Shown here piece after piece: positions 57,673 to 64,000 of a DNA stretch of 64,000 bases. Origin of the DNA: a bacterium (GTDB lineage: Bacteria > Electryoneota > Electryoneia > Electryoneales > Electryoneaceae). The number at the start of each line of letters is the position of its first letter. Positions within the stretch are counted from its first letter, which is position 1. Position numbers and translations under genes: made by a program. The DNA lies in NCBI GenBank assembly GCA_963675295.2, contig CAXXKJ010000002.1, forward strand, positions 2,464,001-2,528,000, given 5' to 3'. The notes beneath the pieces were generated by a model that did no database searches, was not told the origin of the DNA, and saw only the letters and a list, made by a program, of their open reading frames with translations.

Positions 57673-60600
57673 GCCTGCCGATGTGGAAGCCAGTGTTGCC
57701 GATGATCCCGCGTTTCCGGTCCACCGCGATTGCCATCCTGCTGTTGTCGCTGATGTCGTTGACATTGGCTGGCTGCAGCTATTTCAACGCGTTCTACAAC
57801 ACCAAGCGCGCGTTCTCCGAAGGGGAGACCAAGCGTGAACGATCCACCGACCTCAACTCGCGGCCATCCGAGTACAATGACGCTGTCGAGGCCGGGTCGC
57901 GTCTGCTCGAGATGTACCCGGAGTCGAAGTATGTCGATGATACCTTGTTCATCATGGGGCAGGCGTATTACTGGCTGCAGGATTACCACAAGGCCCGCCG
58001 CAAGTTTGAAGAGCTGCTGAGCAATTATCCGGACTCACCGCACGCCCTCGAAAGCAACATGTGGCTCGGACGGGTGCAGGTGCAGCTGAAGAAGCGCCAG
58101 GAAGCGACCGCGTTGCTGCGTGGCGTGATTGCTGATACCGATGATCCGTATCTCGTCGGCGAATCCCGCTTCGCGTTGGCGGAACTGTATTACGTCGACT
58201 CGTTGTTCGTGAAGGCGGCGGAGGAATTTATCCGCATTCCGGAGATTTCGGACGATGACGAGCTGATCGGCAAAGCGTTATGGCGAGCCGGCGAGTCGTT
58301 GTTCCGGGAAAAACGGTACGTCGAAGCGGCCGAGGAGCTGAAGCGTGCGCTCAAGTACGACCTGACACCGAGCATGCGATTTCAGACACGGCTGCTGTAT
58401 GGCCAGTCGCTGCGGGAGTCCGGCGATCCGGAAGGCGCGCTGGAGATTTACAACTCGCTGCTCAAGGACAAGCGATACTTTCAGGAACACGGCAAGGTTC
58501 GTGTGCAGAAGGGCCTGGCGCTGAACGACATCGGCCAGCGTGAGGAAGGCTTTGACGAGTGGCAGAAGACGATTCTCGACCATCAACGCAGCGACGAAGC
58601 CGCGCAGGCCTATTATGAAATGGGCATGGTGCATCTTGGGACGTTGGGCGAACGTCCGGAAGCGAAGGAGATGTTCGACAAGTCCCGCACGGAGAAAGCG
58701 CGCAGCAAGTATTCGATGAAGGCTGACTCGATGTTGACGATGCTGAACCGTGTCGATGACCTCAACCTCAGCCGTGTCCGCACCCGTCACCGCATCGACT
58801 TCACCGAGCAGTGGGTCGCCAATCCAATCAGCCCGGATGACACCCTCGCGTTCGAGAATGCCGAGTTCTACGACTCCCTCGCCATCGACAGCCTGAAGCT
58901 GATTCCGTTATGGAAGAAGGCGTGGTGGGACAGCACGGTTGTGATCGAGGATACGACCACCGTTGACACCCTTTCCGCCGACAGTCTTGCGTTGGACACT
59001 CTCACCTTGGACAGTCTGGCAACAGACAGCCTCGCCGTGGATAGTCTTTCCAGCGATAGTCTGACACAGGCACGGCTGGCGAGTGATGCGCTGGTTGCGG
59101 ATCTGCTGGCAGCAGATAGTGCGCAGGCGGCGGTTCGTGAAGACGAACTGATCGACTTCTCCGGTCAATCCTTGTCTGCGGAGCAAATGAACGCCGCAAC
59201 GGACGATTCATTGGCAATGGCGGAAGCGGTTGTGGCAGGTGATACGTTGCAGGTAGCCGATGAAGGCGGACCAAGTCCACAGCTGAATCCGATGGGGGAG
59301 TATCAGCAATCCAGCCGGGATTCCGTCACCCACCGGCGGATGGAGATGGACCCCGATGACCTGTTCGGCAATCCGGGTACGGTGATGATGGAGGGCGAGC
59401 CCTCGTCGCCACGTCTCGATTCGTTGCGCCGTGCCGAGATGATGCGTCACAACAACCCGTACGCGATGCCGGATGAGAGCCAGCGTCCGCCGGGGATGCC
59501 GGAAGAGGAGTGGCAGCGTGCGCTCGAGCAGCGGCGCATGATAATGGAAGGGCAGATGGGTCCGGGAGGTCCGATGCGTCCGGGTCCACCGCCGCCGGGC
59601 GAGACCGGTGGTCCTGACGACCGGACCAACCTCAACGCCGGCAAGGAGCAGCAGTCCGGTCTGCCGGGACAGCCTCCGGCAGCGCCGGAACCGGACGTCG
59701 AAATCATCAAGGTGTTCGACATCCAGCCGGTGCTGGACAGTTTGGCGCAGTTCCGGGTCGATTTGCAAGATGCGCGCTTCCAGCTTGGCGAAATCCAGCT
59801 GTTCGACCTCGAACAGCCGGACTCCGCACGGGTGATCTTCCGTGAACTGACGGAACCATCCAACGTGGACAGCGTCCGCGCCCGTGCGATGGTGGTACTG
59901 GCGTATATCGAAAAGCTCCAGGGTGACACGACAGCCGCTGATTCGATCCTGTTGCAGGTTGCTGAGGAATTTCCGGGCACGCGGCAGGGCAACCGGTTGA
60001 TCGAACAACTGGGGATGGTTAAGGAGACTCCGGCTACTCCCGCCGAGCTGGCGTACCGGGAAGCCGAGCGCTTGCTGTTGGATGACGATTCAACGCAGGA
60101 AGCATACACTCAGTACCGCTGGGTCAGCGACACCTATTCCGATTCGGAGTGGGCACCGCGCGCGATGTATGCCGCGGCGTATATCGCCGGTCATTACCTC
60201 GATGACGGCGAAACCGCTGAGGAACTGCTGACCACGCTCATTGACGATTACGGGGCAAGTATTCAGGCGCAGAAGGCGCGCGAGAAGATTTCCGCGTTTG
60301 ATGCGATCCGTTTCGCCAGTGATGTGGATACGGTCGGAATGGCGGAGGAGTTCGCCGACATTGACGCGTTCGGCGAGGATGAGGTCGACGAAATCGCGCA
60401 GATCATTGGTGGCATGCAGGCGTTGTCATCCACGCTTGAAGGACGCAACCTGCTGCCGGCCGAGGTAATTCAGGGGACCGGCGGGGAGGTATTGCTGCGG
60501 TATATCGTCAACACCGACAACACCGCGAGTAACTTCAAGATCGTGATGGAGGACCCGCCGGGCAGCGGTCTCGGACGTGCGATGGTCGCCGGCCTGGAAG

Positions 60601-60716
60601 CGGTTGAGTTCCGTGCTGCGCGTGTGGAAGGCGAGCCGGTTGCGTCGAAGGTGGAACGGCGGTACACGTTGCCGCTCGATGCTCCGCCGAACGTTCGCCC
60701 ATTGCCGAAGCGGTAA
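57669..60716 (+). CDS. TPR lipoprotein (PorW/SprE-like N-terminus) with C-terminal TonB_C-like domain
   Basis: Lipobox LAGC, SYFNAFYN, repeated ...YPxS... TPRs; C-terminal GEVLLRYIV...FRAARVEGEPV; start uncertain. Confidence 0.75.
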   Translation: MSLPMWKPVLPMIPRFRSTAIAILLLSLMSLTLAGCSYFNAFYNTKRAFSEGETKRERSTDLNSRPSEYNDAVEAGSRLLEMYPESKYVDDTLFIMGQAYYWLQDYHKARRKFEELLSNYPDSPHALESNMWLGRVQVQLKKRQEATALLRGVIADTDDPYLVGESRFALAELYYVDSLFVKAAEEFIRIPEISDDDELIGKALWRAGESLFREKRYVEAAEELKRALKYDLTPSMRFQTRLLYGQSLRESGDPEGALEIYNSLLKDKRYFQEHGKVRVQKGLALNDIGQREEGFDEWQKTILDHQRSDEAAQAYYEMGMVHLGTLGERPEAKEMFDKSRTEKARSKYSMKADSMLTMLNRVDDLNLSRVRTRHRIDFTEQWVANPISPDDTLAFENAEFYDSLAIDSLKLIPLWKKAWWDSTVVIEDTTTVDTLSADSLALDTLTLDSLATDSLAVDSLSSDSLTQARLASDALVADLLAADSAQAAVREDELIDFSGQSLSAEQMNAATDDSLAMAEAVVAGDTLQVADEGGPSPQLNPMGEYQQSSRDSVTHRRMEMDPDDLFGNPGTVMMEGEPSSPRLDSLRRAEMMRHNNPYAMPDESQRPPGMPEEEWQRALEQRRMIMEGQMGPGGPMRPGPPPPGETGGPDDRTNLNAGKEQQSGLPGQPPAAPEPDVEIIKVFDIQPVLDSLAQFRVDLQDARFQLGEIQLFDLEQPDSARVIFRELTEPSNVDSVRARAMVVLAYIEKLQGDTTAADSILLQVAEEFPGTRQGNRLIEQLGMVKETPATPAELAYREAERLLLDDDSTQEAYTQYRWVSDTYSDSEWAPRAMYAAAYIAGHYLDDGETAEELLTTLIDDYGASIQAQKAREKISAFDAIRFASDVDTVGMAEEFADIDAFGEDEVDEIAQIIGGMQALSSTLEGRNLLPAEVIQGTGGEVLLRYIVNTDNTASNFKIVMEDPPGSGLGRAMVAGLEAVEFRAARVEGEPVASKVERRYTLPLDAPPNVRPLPKR

Positions 60717-60810
60717 CGGTTTTCATACCATGCAGTACCCTTTCAGCCGTGTTTGCCTGCAAGCACGGCTTTCACGTGAGATCGATCCGGGTCGATACGG
60801 AACAATTACG

Positions 60811-61617
60811 ATGAAATTCCTTGAGGATGCGGTCGTCGTCAGCAACCGGGAAATCCGTCCCGGGATCTGGTCGATTTGGCTGCGCAGTCCGCGGATCTGT
60901 GCCGCTACGCAACCGGGCCAGTTTGTCCATGTCAAGGTGGATGCGACATTGACCCCGCTGCTGCGGCGTCCGTTGAGCATCGGACGGGTGCACGGCGATC
61001 AGCTCGAACTGGTCTGGCGTGTGGTCGGTTCCGGCACGGACATGCTGACGCACATGCAGGCTGGAGCGTCGCTGAACCTGCTCGGCCCGTTGGGGCAGCC
61101 GTTCAGCCGAAATGTTGACGTGTCGCACCGGGTGCTCGTCGGGGGAGGCCTTGGCCTGCCGCCGCTGGTGTATCTCTATGAATGGTTTCATGAACATGAG
61201 ATGCCCGCAACGTTGCACCTCGGTGTTCGTGGCCAAGCGGACATCCCTTTGGCGGACGATGATCCGTTGCTGGACGAGATCAAGATTACCGCGGAAAATG
61301 GGGAGGGGTTCCGCCAAGGGCTGGTCACAGAACCGGTACTGGAACAGTTGCAGAATTTGAAAGACGGCGGATCGTTGAACACGACGGCTCTGTACAGTTG
61401 CGGGCCGTGGGGATTGGTCAACGCGTTGCAGCGTACGATCCCTCACACGGAACTGGCGCTGGCCGAGGTTTCGCTCGAGCAGCAGATGGGCTGTGGCGTA
61501 GGAGTCTGCCAGGGTTGCGCGGTGATTGTCGATGGTGGCGACACACCTTACCAGCTGGTCTGTAGTGACGGACCCGTTTTTCCGTTGGCGGCGGTTCATC
61601 CGCCCGGAGTTGCGTAA
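60811..61617 (+). CDS. pyrK: Dihydroorotate dehydrogenase electron transfer subunit
   Basis: PGQFV, LRRPLSI, GPLG, GGGLG, MGCGVGVCQGC, CSDGPVF. Confidence 0.93.
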   Translation: MKFLEDAVVVSNREIRPGIWSIWLRSPRICAATQPGQFVHVKVDATLTPLLRRPLSIGRVHGDQLELVWRVVGSGTDMLTHMQAGASLNLLGPLGQPFSRNVDVSHRVLVGGGLGLPPLVYLYEWFHEHEMPATLHLGVRGQADIPLADDDPLLDEIKITAENGEGFRQGLVTEPVLEQLQNLKDGGSLNTTALYSCGPWGLVNALQRTIPHTELALAEVSLEQQMGCGVGVCQGCAVIVDGGDTPYQLVCSDGPVFPLAAVHPPGVA

Positions 61618-61667
61618 CTTGTGGTTGTTAAAGAGAGTATCGTTCACCTGAACGGCGACAAATCAAC

Positions 61668-62624
61668 ATGACGGCTACTGCTTCACCCGATCTCAGTGTC
61701 ACACTCGGTTCGCTGAACCTGCACAACCCGTTGCTGGCGGCGTCCGGCTGCTTTGGCTACGGCACGGAATACGACGACGTCGCCGACCGTGACAACCTCG
61801 GCGGCTTCATCACGAAGAGTATTTCTCTGGCACCGTGGAAGGGCAATGACCCGCCGCGTCTGACCGAGGTGTCGCCTGGCCTGTTGAACAGCATCGGGCT
61901 GGCGAATATGGGCGTGGAGAAGTTTTCACAGGAGGTCGCGCCACAGATCGTGCAGGGGAAGTCGAAGGCGATTGTCAGCGTGGCGTGCAAGGTGATGGAG
62001 GAGTACGAGGAGGTTGTTGCGCGGCTTGAGGATGTCGAGGGCATTGCAGGTTACGAGCTGAACATCTCCTGCCCGAACGTGAAAGAGGGCGGGATGGCGT
62101 TCTGCCTCAATCCGAACATTACCGAAGAGCTGGTTTCCCGGGTTCGGAAGCGCACGAAACGCTGGATCACGACCAAGCTGACGCCGAACATGACCTCGGT
62201 GTCGCAGGGTGCGCTGGCCAGCGAAGCCGGTGGGGCGGACGCGGTCAGCCTGATCAATACGCTGGTCGGGATGGCGGTGGACTGGAAGTCGCGCCGTCCG
62301 AGGCTGGCGACGATCACCGGTGGCTATTCCGGCCCGCCGATCAAGCCGGTGGCGTTGGTGAAGGTGTGGGAAGTCTGGAACGCGGTCAAGATTCCGATCG
62401 TTGGCATCGGCGGTATTACAAACTGGAAAGATGTCGTCGAATTCATGATCGTTGGCGCGTCGGCCGTGCAGATCGGGACGGCTCTGTATGCTGATCCGAA
62501 CCTGCCGGAGAAGATCGCGGCGGATTTACGTGAGTACATGCGCAACGAGGGGGTGACATCGTTGAGCGAGGTAACTGGCAGCTTGAAGACGGACCGTGGG
62601 GCGATGGTTGGAGTGCCGGCGTGA
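61668..62624 (+). CDS. pyrD: Dihydroorotate dehydrogenase, family 1B catalytic subunit
   Basis: ASGCFGYG, LNSIGLAN, ELNISCPN, KLTPN, GGYSG. Confidence 0.95.
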   Translation: MTATASPDLSVTLGSLNLHNPLLAASGCFGYGTEYDDVADRDNLGGFITKSISLAPWKGNDPPRLTEVSPGLLNSIGLANMGVEKFSQEVAPQIVQGKSKAIVSVACKVMEEYEEVVARLEDVEGIAGYELNISCPNVKEGGMAFCLNPNITEELVSRVRKRTKRWITTKLTPNMTSVSQGALASEAGGADAVSLINTLVGMAVDWKSRRPRLATITGGYSGPPIKPVALVKVWEVWNAVKIPIVGIGGITNWKDVVEFMIVGASAVQIGTALYADPNLPEKIAADLREYMRNEGVTSLSEVTGSLKTDRGAMVGVPA

Positions 62625-63115
62625 GTGTGCGAACACGCGCATATCAGATCACCCTCACCGTTATCCTCCTGGCTAGCGGACTGTTCTTGTCCGGTTGCAC
62701 CGCCTACCCGGTGTACCGTGACACGCGCAGTCGTGGCTACGATCCGGTGCCGCGTACCCAGCAAAGGCGTGCACCGGAACAGCAGCAAACGCATCCAACG
62801 ACCACGACCGGTGAAGTGCTCACCGGTTTTGCCAGTTATTATGGGCCGAAATTTGTCGGCCGGCCGACGGCGAACGGGGAGATCTTCGATCCGAGGCAGA
62901 TGACGTGCGCACATCGTACGTTACCGTTCAACACGATGCTCAAGGTGACGTTGATCAGCTCGGGCAAGTCGGTGGTTGTGCGGGTGAATGATCGAGGTCC
63001 GTACGCGAAGGATCGCATTCTCGATCTCAGTGAAGCAGCAGCGGAGAGTATTGGATTGAAGGCTGTGGGCGTGGGGTACGTGCAGGCGGAAATACTCGAA
63101 GGAGACAGTGAATGA
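62621..63115 (+). CDS. rlpA: Septal ring lytic transglycosylase RlpA family lipoprotein
   Basis: Lipobox LSGC; ASYYG, TANGE, AHRTLPF, VRVNDRGP, LDLS. Confidence 0.92.
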   Translation: MSVRTRAYQITLTVILLASGLFLSGCTAYPVYRDTRSRGYDPVPRTQQRRAPEQQQTHPTTTTGEVLTGFASYYGPKFVGRPTANGEIFDPRQMTCAHRTLPFNTMLKVTLISSGKSVVVRVNDRGPYAKDRILDLSEAAAESIGLKAVGVGYVQAEILEGDSE

Positions 63116-63963
63116 GTGGGTTCTTCAAAAGCCGCACGTTCCTGTTTGTCTGGGGCATTCCGTTGGTGGTGGCCACAACCTGGTTCGGCGGCTGGTATTT
63201 CGTCGCCGGGATCAGCCTGCTGAGCATTGTCGCGTCGCTGGAGACGATGAAGGTACTCGCTCCGGGCAAGGCGACCTGGGGTGAACAGCTGCTGGTTGCT
63301 GGATTGTGTGCGGTGCTGCCGTTTGCCATAGCGCTGCACGGCATGATCGCGTTGCTGTGGCTGTACATCGCGGGGTTGCTCGGCGCGGGTTCGCTGGCGT
63401 TGTTTCGGCAGCCGGAGGATGGGTTCCGTTTCCTGATCGCTGCCACGTTCACCATGTTCTACATCGGTGTACCGTTCACCTCCGCGCTATTGCTACGTCT
63501 CGATCCGATCTGGCAGACCCACTTTCAGGGCGCTGCGATAATTGTCTACATCTGGGCAGGTGTCTGGGTGACGGATACCTTCGCCTATCTCGGCGGGCGA
63601 CGGTTCGGAAAACGTCCGCTCGCACCGCAACTATCTCCGAAGAAGACGCTGGAAGGCACGGCCAGCGGCATACTGATGGCCCTGGTGTGGACGATTCTCG
63701 CGGGGTATGCGTTGACGGATGTGCTGTCGTGGTGGGATCGTATCCTGCTCGGCGCGATCATTGGCGTGTTGTCGGTGATTGGCGATCTGGTCGAGTCGAT
63801 GCTGAAGCGTGTCGCGAAGGTCAAAGACAGTGGCACACTCTTTCAAGGCCACGGCGGAGTGCTTGACCGTTTCGACAGCCTGCTGTTCGTGCAGCCTGCG
63901 GTGTACCTCTACCTGATCGCTGCGGATGTGCTCAACTCACCGAGCCTGCCGTTGCTCAGATGA
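63112..63963 (+). CDS. cdsA: Phosphatidate cytidylyltransferase
   Basis: DTFAY, SPKKTLEG, GDLVESMLKR, KDSG, GHGGVLDRFDS. Confidence 0.95.
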   Translation: MSGFFKSRTFLFVWGIPLVVATTWFGGWYFVAGISLLSIVASLETMKVLAPGKATWGEQLLVAGLCAVLPFAIALHGMIALLWLYIAGLLGAGSLALFRQPEDGFRFLIAATFTMFYIGVPFTSALLLRLDPIWQTHFQGAAIIVYIWAGVWVTDTFAYLGGRRFGKRPLAPQLSPKKTLEGTASGILMALVWTILAGYALTDVLSWWDRILLGAIIGVLSVIGDLVESMLKRVAKVKDSGTLFQGHGGVLDRFDSLLFVQPAVYLYLIAADVLNSPSLPLLR

Positions 63964-64000
63964 TCAATCGACAGTTCGAATCGGCTCCGGTTTTTTCACC
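63960..64000 (+). CDS. Possible start of the next gene (truncated)
   Basis: ATGA overlap with the cdsA stop; frame open to the window end (13 codons only). Confidence 0.3.
   Translation, partial: MINRQFESAPVFS

Overview
GC-rich, gene-dense bacterial chromosome segment made mostly of housekeeping genes: dapF, tkt, folC, recO, msbA-like, tatD, ftsEX, hrcA-grpE-dnaJ, groESL with CIRCE, trkAH, serS, a polysaccharide cluster, guaB, rpsT, cobB, pyrKD, rlpA and cdsA, plus tRNA-Pro(CGG). T9SS-type C-terminal sorting domains combined with canonical TTGACA/TATAAT promoters and SD sites suggest a non-Bacteroidota FCB-group lineage (inference). No CRISPR, prophage, integrase or transposase was seen. The most unusual signals are non-coding. 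(1) A low-GC four-helix-bundle (TIGR02436/IVP-like) gene sits between trkA and trkH, bracketed by inverted heptamer tandem arrays that can form a ~32-bp RNA stem in the mRNA. Orphan heptamer arrays also lie just after several other stop codons. (2) A probable sigma54-dependent ~300-nt non-coding RNA has tandem enhancer palindromes, repeated ACGGUU/GCAC(G/U) motifs, a 5'-3' closing stem and a terminator. (3) A second candidate multi-hairpin sRNA has CCCUCC loops. Several proteins look like pseudo-enzymes or unusual fusions. All calls are by eye from motifs; no database search was run.
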